Assembly (NCBI GenBank): GCA_039815185.1
Contig: JBCBZT010000092.1
Coordinates: 1-17,765, forward strand
From: Cyanobacteria bacterium P01_A01_bin.123
GTDB lineage: Bacteria; Cyanobacteriota; Cyanobacteriia; Phormidesmidales; Phormidesmidaceae
Direction of reading: 5' to 3'
Length of the DNA: 17,765 nt
The position numbers were made by a program, and so were the translations under genes. The first letter of the stretch is position 1. Every line of letters starts with the position of its first letter. The notes under the pieces are model-generated. The model saw only the letters and a list, made by a program, of their open reading frames with translations. It did not search any database and was not told the DNA's origin. Positions 7,711 to 16,267 of the stretch are shown piece by piece.

Positions 7711-10212
7711 ATGCATCATTTTCATAAGTTGCTCAGCCTAGCCTTCCTTATCCCCTACCTCCCAGGTCTTGCCACCGAGAGCTTAAATTATTCTGTGCTG
7801 TTTGCGACGAATGCTGTAGGTGCTCAGATATCCGACAAAGCTAGTTCCTTAGATTTATCAATGCGAGTTACTCAAGCTCATAGTACTAAAAGTGAAGCAG
7901 ATAGACTATTTTGGCTAGGCTATGAGCATTACAATAACGGTCAATTGACCGATGCTCTGCAAAATTGGCAAAGGGCCAGCTCGTTATACCGTGACATTGG
8001 AGACTTGGCTTCACTCGCTAGCACAATCGGCAATTTGGGCATCCTTTACACCGATCTGCATGACTACGAGCAGGCGATCAAACTTCAGAATGAGCAACTT
8101 GCGATCGCCCGACAAATCAACTCACCAGAGGCCGAAGCAAGTGCGTTATTAAGTCTGGGCATCGTCCAACAGCTGTTAGGCAATTATCGACAGGCCATCA
8201 ATCATTTTCAAGATAGTTTGTCGATCGCTCAAGCGATCGATGACGTCAGCAAAGAATTCCATAGCCTGAATAATTTGGGCGTTGTCTATGTTGCCTTAGG
8301 GCAGTACGAACAGGCATTGACCCTGTATGAGCAAGCCCTAGCGATCTCTCAGAGAACAGGCGACCATAGAGGAATCGGCCAAATGTTCCGTAATTTGGGT
8401 GTTGCCTACAGCGGTTTAGGGCAGGAAGAGCAGTCGATTGAGCTTCATTTAGAGGCACTCGCGATCGCCCGCTCGCGTAACGACGCCAATGGCGAAGGAG
8501 TCAGTCTCGGTAACATGGCAGCAAGCCATGTCAGGCTGGGGCAGTATGATGAGGCGTTAACCCTTTACCAGCAACGACTAATCCTTGCCAGGAGTTCGGC
8601 CGATATTCGGGGTGAGGCGAATAGCTTAGGGGGGTTAGGCGATATTTACCGACAGCAGGGCGACTATCAGCAGGCGATCGCCTTTTATGAACAAGAGTTG
8701 GCCTTAAACCGTGAAGTGGGCGATCTCAATGTTGAAAGTTCGGCTCTGGAAAATTTGGGCATTGCCTACCTAGCTAGCGGGGAACCTGAGCTAGCCATTG
8801 AATCTTTGACAGCGGCGAGTACCGTTACAGAATCCCTGCGTGATTCTAACCTGTCGGACATCGACAAAATTGCCCTCTTTGAAACCCTGATAAGTGGTTA
8901 CGAGTTTTTGCAACGGGCTTACATAGCGCAGCCTAACTATGAGTTAGCCTTCGAAGTAGCTGAACTCAGTAAGGCTCGTGCCCTGGCTGAGTTAGTTATC
9001 CAGAGTGAGAATGCCTCGACGATTGCCATAACCAGCGCCCAATCTCCCGATTTAAGCGCGATTCAAAGCTTGAGTCAGACTGAACGTAAAACGTTAGTCA
9101 CCTATTCGTTAGTGCCTGCAGATGAAGGCTTTGGGGCAGTACTCTATATCTGGTTGGTGTCACCCCAGGGAGAAATCATCTTCCGGCAGCAACCTCTCAC
9201 CGACATCAACCTCAGTGATCTAGTCATTGACACGCGCAATGCGATAGGGGTGCGAGGTACAGATCGCAACGCGCCTGTCCCCACCTACTCACCAGAACAG
9301 CTGGCACAACTCCAAGCCGAGCAAGACGAAAAACTCAGCCAGCTCCATGATTTGCTGATTGACCCGATCGCTGATCTCCTGCCTGACGATCCCAACCAGC
9401 CCGTAGTCTTTATTCCCCAAGACGAACTCTTCCTCGTCCCCTTCCCGGCATTGAAAGACGACAACGGCGACTACCTGATCGAAAACCACACGATTCTGAC
9501 CGCTCCCTCCATTCAGGTGTTGCAGCTCACTCACGACATCGCTGATTCTCGCAATGGCGCAACCACTGACCAGCCCGTTATTGTCGGCAATCCCACCATG
9601 CCCACCGTCACCTTCCTTACCGACGATGGTGAATTCGTCGATACACAACTCACGCCGTTATATGGCGCACTGCAAGAAGCCAATGCCGTCTCCGAGTTCC
9701 TGGGCACCTCAGCCTTAACGGGCGATCAAGCGACTGAATCTACTGTGAAACAACAGCTTGCCAGTGCCGACCTGATCCACCTTGCCACCCACGGCCTGCT
9801 GGAATACGGTGACCCGCGCGAAACCGGAACGCGGGATGTCCCCGGTGCCATTGCTTTGACTCCCGGCAATGGCGAAGACGGCTTGCTCACCGCCGCTGAA
9901 ATTTTGCAAATGGACTTGCAGGCTGATCTCGTGGTGCTCAGTGCCTGCGACACCGGACGCGGACGCATTACCGGAGATGGCGTGATTGGGCTCTCCCGCT
10001 CCTTTATTGCGGCGGGCGTGCCCAGCGTTGTCGTGTCCCTATGGGCCGTACCGGATGCGCCGACGGCTGACTTAATGACTGAGTTCTACCGCCAGCTTGA
10101 TGAGGGGCAGACCAAAGCCCAGGCCTTGCGACAGGCCATGCTTATTACGATGCAAGACCATCCTGATCCTAAAGATTGGGCCGCGTTTACGTTAATTGGT
10201 GAAAGTGAATAA
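7711..10212 (+). CDS. TPR-CHAT protease (833 aa), probable signal peptide
   Basis: Hydrophobic N-terminus, eight 40-aa TPRs, E.SKARAL linker, IPQDELFLVPFPAL, HLATHG (H694), LSACDTG (C746), SLWAVPD, PKDWAAF. Confidence 0.93.
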   Translation: MHHFHKLLSLAFLIPYLPGLATESLNYSVLFATNAVGAQISDKASSLDLSMRVTQAHSTKSEADRLFWLGYEHYNNGQLTDALQNWQRASSLYRDIGDLASLASTIGNLGILYTDLHDYEQAIKLQNEQLAIARQINSPEAEASALLSLGIVQQLLGNYRQAINHFQDSLSIAQAIDDVSKEFHSLNNLGVVYVALGQYEQALTLYEQALAISQRTGDHRGIGQMFRNLGVAYSGLGQEEQSIELHLEALAIARSRNDANGEGVSLGNMAASHVRLGQYDEALTLYQQRLILARSSADIRGEANSLGGLGDIYRQQGDYQQAIAFYEQELALNREVGDLNVESSALENLGIAYLASGEPELAIESLTAASTVTESLRDSNLSDIDKIALFETLISGYEFLQRAYIAQPNYELAFEVAELSKARALAELVIQSENASTIAITSAQSPDLSAIQSLSQTERKTLVTYSLVPADEGFGAVLYIWLVSPQGEIIFRQQPLTDINLSDLVIDTRNAIGVRGTDRNAPVPTYSPEQLAQLQAEQDEKLSQLHDLLIDPIADLLPDDPNQPVVFIPQDELFLVPFPALKDDNGDYLIENHTILTAPSIQVLQLTHDIADSRNGATTDQPVIVGNPTMPTVTFLTDDGEFVDTQLTPLYGALQEANAVSEFLGTSALTGDQATESTVKQQLASADLIHLATHGLLEYGDPRETGTRDVPGAIALTPGNGEDGLLTAAEILQMDLQADLVVLSACDTGRGRITGDGVIGLSRSFIAAGVPSVVVSLWAVPDAPTADLMTEFYRQLDEGQTKAQALRQAMLITMQDHPDPKDWAAFTLIGESE
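7888..8847 (+). repeat. Eight tandem 120-bp (40-aa) TPR-coding repeats
   Basis: Ungapped 40-aa periodicity of L.NLG..Y..LG.Y.QA. Confidence 0.85.
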
Positions 10213-10233
10213 GCTTTGCCCATCAAGAAATAG
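10206..10233 (+). promoter_or_regulatory. Shared bipartite upstream motif, copy 4 (overlaps the stop codon of the preceding gene)
   Basis: TGAATAAG-ctttgcccatc-AAGAAATAG, 58 nt before ATG 10292. TGAAAGTGAATAAGCT at 10200-10215 is identical to 7640-7655. Confidence 0.6.
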
Positions 10234-10291
10234 GTGTTCTTAGAACTGCAATATTCATTTGCTCACGTGGGAAAAAGGAGTCTGATTTACC

Positions 10292-12598
10292 ATGTCTCGT
10301 TTACGTCGTCGTCACTTTTTGCAACTCGCTGGAGCTAGCCTGGGAGCGATCGGTCTCAACCAGTTGGACTTTATGCAGCGGGGCGATCGCATGCATCGTG
10401 CCCTAGCTCAAAACACATCTCGTAAATTAGCCCTCTTGATTGGCATCAACGGCTATATCGAACGCCCTCTGGCGGGGTGTGCCAATGACGTGCGCTTGCA
10501 ATACGAGCTACTCGTGCATCGCTACGGATTTAATCCCCAAGACATTTTGATTGTGACCGACGAGTTATCTGCTAGCGGCTTAGACCTGCCTGCGCGTGAA
10601 ATTATCACGACCCCCACTCGACAGACTATAGTGGATGCATTCCGTGATCATCTTATCGACCAAGCTAAATCCGACGACGTAGCCATTTTTCACTATTCAG
10701 GGCATGGTTCTTACGTTGAAGATCCGCAGCCGCTCGATTATGAAGAATCCGAATACTTACAAATCTCTGGTTACAGCAACTTCCAGGGTTTGGTTGGCAC
10801 CCTCGTGCCGGTTGATACCAAAGAAACCGATAGTGCAGACACCGTCAACGATATTTTAGGCAGCACTATATTTTTGCTCAGCAAATTGGTGCCAACCGAG
10901 AACTTCACCACGATTTTAGATAGCTGTCATGCCGGTGGTGGTGTCCGTGGCAACTTGGTCTACCGCGCGATTGATCGCGAAGCTGGACAAGCTCGCAATC
11001 CTAGTCAGGTCGAGCTTAATTTGCAAGCAGACCTGATGGAAGAACTGCTGTTGAAAGATAGCACTGAATTGAAGGAGCTCCGTGAAGCTGGTATTGCCAG
11101 AGGTGTTGCCATGGGCTCGGCTCGTGCCAATCAGCTGGCTGCTGAAAAGCAACATGCAGGTTTTAAGGCAGGGATTTTCACCTATCTGCTCACGCGCTAT
11201 CTCTGGCAAGTTGGCCAGACAGAGTCGCTGGAAAGCATGTTTGTAGATTTAGCCCGCATCACTCGTGCTGTCGATGAAGGCGATCCTCAAGACCCCGTTT
11301 ATTTCATACAACCCGGAACTACCCTTGACCAGCAGCCCCCTTATCTCATGACTCCTGATCACCCCTTTGCCGATGCGGTGGTGCGAGAAGTCGTTGACGG
11401 GCAAACGGTAGAGCTATGGCTGGGTGGCATGACGCCGAATGCATTGAAGGCCAAAGATTCGATTTATGAAGCGTTGAATGCCAACAGAGACGTTATTGCT
11501 CGTTTGCAGCAACAAGGTCAGCTTAATGGCCTCAAAGTCAAAGCTCAGTGTATTGACGATCAGGGAAATACGATTGATTTGCCACCTGATGTAACAGCAG
11601 GAACTTTATTGCAAGAAGAAATTCGCGGTATTCCGACTGATTTCTCGTTGCAGGTGGGTTTGCATGAGTCGCTGGGAGATGATTTAGAGACGGTTCGCCA
11701 ACAGCTAGACCGAATTGACCGCGTGACTCCGGTGACAATTCCTGACAACCCTGCCGACGTGCTGATTGGCCGCTTTAGTAACAGCATCCAGCCACAGTTA
11801 GAAAATCTCGGCATTCGAAATCGCGCCGATATTGTTGAGTTGGAATCAGGCAGCTTTGGCCTGTTTAAAGAAAATCTCACGCCCCTGACCGATACGTTTG
11901 GCGCTGGATTTGAAAGTGGTGGGGAAGCGATCTTGCGACTATTTCCCCGTTTCAAGCTCTTACTCGCTCAGCAAGCATTGCAAAGCATGGTGAATACTAA
12001 CTCCACCGAGTTGGCCATTGATATGGCAATTGGCACCGTCGAGCGAGGTGGTATAGAAGTAGTGTCCAGTGATCCCTCCCGAAGGGATGCGGCTCCGGTG
12101 ATTCCACAGCTTACCGCTGGCGAAAACTTGTCGCTCAAGGTGACGAATAAGGAATCAACTTCTCTTTACGTCGCAGTGATTGCGACTGAAGATGATGGCG
12201 ATATGTACGTCTACCATCCCAGCGACTGGAATGCGCCGGAGATTCAAGCGGAGCTTGGTCCGGGTGAAAGTGTTGAGATTCCCAAATCAACCGATATCTT
12301 CGATCTACCTTTGAGGGGGCCTTCTGGCTTTTTCAATGTGTTGGTGATTGCCAGCCGCACGCAATTGCGTGATACCTTACGGGTGCTGAAGCGCATTAGC
12401 GAGCGTTCAGCTGATGTTTTTCCAATCTTTGATAGCTCTCGAGAAGCCTCACGCAGTACCGAAGATAGTGTGGGTAATATTTTAGACAGCCTGCTAGGTG
12501 ATGTCAGCCGCAATGCCCCCATTCAGACTCGCCGAGACGCAGCAGTAGACAACAATTCTGTCGTCACGTTCTCTGCCACGATTGAGGTAGTGGAATGA
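10292..12598 (+). CDS. Caspase-like (peptidase C14, orthocaspase/metacaspase) protein with Tat signal and C-terminal DUF4384-like domain (768 aa)
   Basis: MSRLRRRHFLQLAGASLGAIGL twin-arginine signal with ALA-Q cleavage site. RKLALLIGINGY..PLAGCANDV, HYSGHG (H138), DSCHAGG (C212). C-terminal GENLSLKVTN..LYVAVI...G.....P beta domain. RBS AAGGAG at 10275-10280. Confidence 0.92.
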   Translation: MSRLRRRHFLQLAGASLGAIGLNQLDFMQRGDRMHRALAQNTSRKLALLIGINGYIERPLAGCANDVRLQYELLVHRYGFNPQDILIVTDELSASGLDLPAREIITTPTRQTIVDAFRDHLIDQAKSDDVAIFHYSGHGSYVEDPQPLDYEESEYLQISGYSNFQGLVGTLVPVDTKETDSADTVNDILGSTIFLLSKLVPTENFTTILDSCHAGGGVRGNLVYRAIDREAGQARNPSQVELNLQADLMEELLLKDSTELKELREAGIARGVAMGSARANQLAAEKQHAGFKAGIFTYLLTRYLWQVGQTESLESMFVDLARITRAVDEGDPQDPVYFIQPGTTLDQQPPYLMTPDHPFADAVVREVVDGQTVELWLGGMTPNALKAKDSIYEALNANRDVIARLQQQGQLNGLKVKAQCIDDQGNTIDLPPDVTAGTLLQEEIRGIPTDFSLQVGLHESLGDDLETVRQQLDRIDRVTPVTIPDNPADVLIGRFSNSIQPQLENLGIRNRADIVELESGSFGLFKENLTPLTDTFGAGFESGGEAILRLFPRFKLLLAQQALQSMVNTNSTELAIDMAIGTVERGGIEVVSSDPSRRDAAPVIPQLTAGENLSLKVTNKESTSLYVAVIATEDDGDMYVYHPSDWNAPEIQAELGPGESVEIPKSTDIFDLPLRGPSGFFNVLVIASRTQLRDTLRVLKRISERSADVFPIFDSSREASRSTEDSVGNILDSLLGDVSRNAPIQTRRDAAVDNNSVVTFSATIEVVE

Positions 12599-12630
12599 AT
12601 TATTGAACCAATACTGATCTAGCCTCAAAC

Positions 12631-12672
12631 GAGCCCCGCACCAAAATTCTCTCTCAGTGAAAAGCGGGGCTC
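12631..12672. other. GC-rich inverted repeat (9-bp stem, 24-nt loop)
   Basis: GAGCCCCGC (12631-12639) / GCGGGGCTC (12664-12672). No U-tract follows. Confidence 0.55.
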
Positions 12673-12685
12673 AGCTCATAGAAAT
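12658..12685 (+). promoter_or_regulatory. Shared bipartite upstream motif, copy 5 (most degenerate)
   Basis: AG-TGAAAAGC-ggggctcagct-CATAGAAAT: 5/8 and 6/9 matches with the same 11-nt spacer, 33 nt before ATG 12719. Confidence 0.4.
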
Positions 12686-12718
12686 CTACCATTAACTCTT
12701 ATTAAACACTATTAACCC

Positions 12719-15700
12719 ATGCGCCACCCTGCTCGGCTGCTCGGCCTCGCCACCATCACCGCCTTACTCATCACGACCCTACCTACTACACTTTCCGCCT
12801 TACCCATTACCTCTGTACTGGCGCAAGAGGCCAGTCAAATAGGAGATCGGCAAGTCGAAGCTGATCGTCTGATGGGGCAGGGAGCAGAGCAATATAATAT
12901 GAATCAGTTTCAAACGGCCTTGCAATCTTGGGAACAGGCATTGGCAATCTATCAAGAGATTGAAGACCGAGGTGGAGAAGGCGCTGCCTTTGGAAATTTG
13001 GCGCTTGCTTATTATGGTTTGGGTCAGTATGAGAAAGCTATAGGCTTCTTCGAAAAACATCTCGAAATCGCTCGTGAGATCAGTGATCTCCAAGGCGAAG
13101 CCAGCGCATTAAACGGATTAAGTAGAATCCATAAGAACCTCGGTAACTATCAGCAAGCAATAGATTTCTACCAACAACAAATCACCCTTGCTCGAAATAC
13201 GGAAGATCGGCAGGAAGAAGTTAATGCTTTGGGCAACTTAGGTATCGCTTACAACGAGGTTGGGAATTATGAGCGAGCAATCGAATCTTTCGAGCAGTCT
13301 TTAACGATTGCTCGCGATATTGATGATTTTCAAGCTCAAGCTACCGTCTTAGGTGGTCTAGGTGTTGCTCATCGTAAGTTAGAAAACTACCAACAAGCCA
13401 TTGAATTTCATGAGCAAGCTCTTGTTATTGCGCGAGGCAGCAACAATCAAGACGAGGAATTCAGAAATCTAGCAAATTTAGCTCTTGCCTATAATCTTGC
13501 TGGAGAGTATCAGCAAGCCATCACTTTCAACGAACAAGCTCTTTATCTCGCTCGAGAGCTAGGCGACGCTAGCAGCGAGGTAATTGTCCTAGGAAATCTA
13601 GGCATCGTTTACCGCAACTTAGGGCAGTATGAGCAAGCCATTGAACTCTACGAGCAGCAGTTAACCATTGCCCGTGCCAACAACAATCGTCAGGGAGAAA
13701 GAAATGCTTTAGGCAACTTAGGCTTTGTATATTCTCAACTAGAGCAATATCAGCAGGCGATTGATGTCTATCTACAGCAAATTCCAATTTTGCAAGCATT
13801 AGAAGATATCCAAGGAGAAAGCCAAGCTCTGACACGTTTAGGGAATATGCACATTATCTTAGGGCAATATTCTGAAGCTATCGATACTTATAAGAAACTG
13901 CTTGCTAACGCCTATGATAACAGCGACTCTCGTCAGGAAATTACTACTCTAAACAGCCTTGGCGAGGTTTATTCTGAGTTGGGAGACTATCAGCAGTCTT
14001 TAGAAAACTATGAGCAATCTTTAGCCATTGCCGATGATCTCGATAATTCCCTGAGAAGTACGTTTATTAGAGCAGTACCTCTATTCGGTATTGTTCAAGC
14101 TAACCTTGGACTCCAGAACTATCAAGAAGCCATTCTTTTAGCTGAGAGAGCGCTGCCAGTTTTTGATGAAATCTTGTTGTTAGTAGAGAATGACCAAGAT
14201 TTAGTAGGAACGATAATGTCCGAGCAAGACGTTGAGTTCGTTAAACAAGCTAGAGACATTTTGGAAGAATACATCACAATTGCTCAGGAAATTTTTGCTC
14301 AAGCAGACGAAGGAGCTAGCTTGGATGATTGGAATAGTCTTTTCCCTCAATATCAGCAAGCTGCTGAAACCCAATATCAACAAACGATAGACTTTTATCA
14401 ACAGAGATTAGTGACGATTCGTCAGGCAGGAGACCGGGCTCAAGAGGCATCGTTATTAGGCAATTTAGGAAGTACTTATCGCCGACTAGGTCGACTTCAG
14501 CAAGCCATTGATGCCTACGAGCAGCAGTTGGCCATCACTAGCGATATCGAAGATGTTGCTGGACAGGGAGATGCCTTTAGCGGTTTGGGGCGCGTCTTCA
14601 ACGCTCAAGATCAACCGGAGTTAGCGATAGTCTTTCTCAAGTCGTCAGTGCAAGTGCGCGAATCCATCCGCGAAAATATCCAAGGACTCGAAACTAGAAT
14701 TCAGGAAGCTTACACTAACACCATTGCTAATGATTACCGCCTCCTAGCCGATCTACTGCTCGAACAAGGCCGCATTCCCGAAGCGCAGCAGGTGCTTGAC
14801 CTCTTGAAGCTCGAAGAACTGCGTGAGTTTACCAACACCCGTGCGACCTGGACGGGTAGTGAACTTGCTTACACCGCCGCCGAGCAATCCGTCATCGATG
14901 CCCACGGCAGTCTGATCGCTCTCGGTAGCGCCATCCTCACCTGCGAAGATACTAACTGCGCAGAGCTGAACAGCCTTTACGATCAACGCGAAGCCCTCAC
15001 CGCTCAATACAACGATCAGGTCAACCAGTTTGCCAACACCATTCGCGCCAACCGTCGAGATGATGAAGACTTTCAAAATCCACAGGAGCTAAGTGACGAC
15101 GCTAAATCGTTGCTCAGCGCCTACGCTGTCGAGGGGCAAACCCCAGTACTGATTTATCCCTTTGTGCTCGAAGACAAGCTGTGGCTGGTATGGGCGATTG
15201 AGGGTCGGGTGATTGGTAGTGCCGAAGTATCGGTAACCCAGAGCGAACTAGCGACCACCGTGCAGCGCTTTGGCGAATTGCTCACCGCACCCACCCGGTT
15301 AGACGAGCTGCAGGCCCAGGGCCAACAGCTTTACAACTGGATCATTCAGCCTTTAGAAGCTGAGCTGGCCGCTAACAATATTGACCATCTGATTTTCGTC
15401 AACGATCGCGTCACCCGCTACATCCCCATGGCGGCGCTCTACGATGGCGAGCAGTTTCTGGCCGAGCGCTATCAAATTTCCACCGTGCTCACCCCCGGCA
15501 CCACCGATACACGCAGTCGCTTGGCCGATGTCGAGTCCTCCCAGGTACTTGGATTGGGGCTCACCCAAGCCGTCGCCAACTTTAACCCACTGCCTGCGGT
15601 CGCCACCGAACTCGATCGCATCGTCCAGAGTGGCGACGACGACGCGATCGGCATTTATCCAGGCCAGGTTCTACTCAACGAAGCCTTTACGCTAGAGGCT

Positions 15701-16258
15701 TTAAAAGCTAACTTGCGACCTGATTATCAGGTACTGCACCTAGCGACTCATGCCGCCTTTGTGCCTGGTCGAGCGGATGAGTCATTTATTGTGATGGGCA
15801 ACGGCGATCGCCTCACCACCGCCGATATTGAAGACATGAATGCCCGGCTAGATAATTTACACCTAGTGATTCTCTCCGCTTGTCAAACGGCGGTGGGTGG
15901 CCCGGCAGGCGACGGGGCTGAAATTACGGGCATCAGTTCCTACTTTTTAGGCACAGACGATAGTCGCGCCGAAACAGTCATCGCCTCCCTGTGGGCAGTG
16001 AATGACAACAGTACTAGCGTCTTAATGCAGCGTTTTTATACCCTGCTCGCCACTGGCGAACTCACCAAGGCTGAAGCCCTGCGTCAAGCGCAACTCAGCC
16101 TGCTCTATGAAGAAGATGCCGAAACTCGCTTGGCGGCTGCCCGTCGGGGTGCACCCATCCCCACTGCCCGCGAAGGGTTCGATGTGGCTGTGGTCGAGCC
16201 GGGCTATCGACATCCCTACTACTGGGCACCGTTCATTCTGATTGGCAACGGGCTGTAG
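12719..16258 (+). CDS. Exported TPR-CHAT protease (1179 aa)
   Basis: Signal peptide ending VLA-Q. Ten tandem 40-aa TPRs, an insert, two more TPRs, then YRLLADLLLEQGRIPEAQQVLDLLKLEEL, DRVTRYIPMAALYDG, HLATHA (H1011), LSACQT (C1055), SLWAVND, HPYYWAPF. Confidence 0.93.
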   Translation: MRHPARLLGLATITALLITTLPTTLSALPITSVLAQEASQIGDRQVEADRLMGQGAEQYNMNQFQTALQSWEQALAIYQEIEDRGGEGAAFGNLALAYYGLGQYEKAIGFFEKHLEIAREISDLQGEASALNGLSRIHKNLGNYQQAIDFYQQQITLARNTEDRQEEVNALGNLGIAYNEVGNYERAIESFEQSLTIARDIDDFQAQATVLGGLGVAHRKLENYQQAIEFHEQALVIARGSNNQDEEFRNLANLALAYNLAGEYQQAITFNEQALYLARELGDASSEVIVLGNLGIVYRNLGQYEQAIELYEQQLTIARANNNRQGERNALGNLGFVYSQLEQYQQAIDVYLQQIPILQALEDIQGESQALTRLGNMHIILGQYSEAIDTYKKLLANAYDNSDSRQEITTLNSLGEVYSELGDYQQSLENYEQSLAIADDLDNSLRSTFIRAVPLFGIVQANLGLQNYQEAILLAERALPVFDEILLLVENDQDLVGTIMSEQDVEFVKQARDILEEYITIAQEIFAQADEGASLDDWNSLFPQYQQAAETQYQQTIDFYQQRLVTIRQAGDRAQEASLLGNLGSTYRRLGRLQQAIDAYEQQLAITSDIEDVAGQGDAFSGLGRVFNAQDQPELAIVFLKSSVQVRESIRENIQGLETRIQEAYTNTIANDYRLLADLLLEQGRIPEAQQVLDLLKLEELREFTNTRATWTGSELAYTAAEQSVIDAHGSLIALGSAILTCEDTNCAELNSLYDQREALTAQYNDQVNQFANTIRANRRDDEDFQNPQELSDDAKSLLSAYAVEGQTPVLIYPFVLEDKLWLVWAIEGRVIGSAEVSVTQSELATTVQRFGELLTAPTRLDELQAQGQQLYNWIIQPLEAELAANNIDHLIFVNDRVTRYIPMAALYDGEQFLAERYQISTVLTPGTTDTRSRLADVESSQVLGLGLTQAVANFNPLPAVATELDRIVQSGDDDAIGIYPGQVLLNEAFTLEALKANLRPDYQVLHLATHAAFVPGRADESFIVMGNGDRLTTADIEDMNARLDNLHLVILSACQTAVGGPAGDGAEITGISSYFLGTDDSRAETVIASLWAVNDNSTSVLMQRFYTLLATGELTKAEALRQAQLSLLYEEDAETRLAAARRGAPIPTAREGFDVAVVEPGYRHPYYWAPFILIGNGL
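12851..14050 (+). repeat. Ten tandem 120-bp (40-aa) TPR-coding repeats
   Basis: Exact 40-aa periodicity from QVEADRL to DDLDNS. Confidence 0.85.
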
Positions 16259-16267
16259 TGCCAAAAC

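Noticed and set aside
12596..12622. Alternative motif copy TGAATTAT-N10-CTGATCTAG at the caspase stop
   Set aside because: The spacer is 10 rather than 11 nt and it lies about 96 nt from the next start. The 12658 candidate fits spacing and position better.
3287..16258. CRISPR type III-E Craspase (Csx29) or hetF assignment for the CHAT genes
   Set aside because: No cas genes or CRISPR array are present. The proteins have export signals and C-terminal CHAT domains, whereas HetF has an N-terminal CHAT domain.
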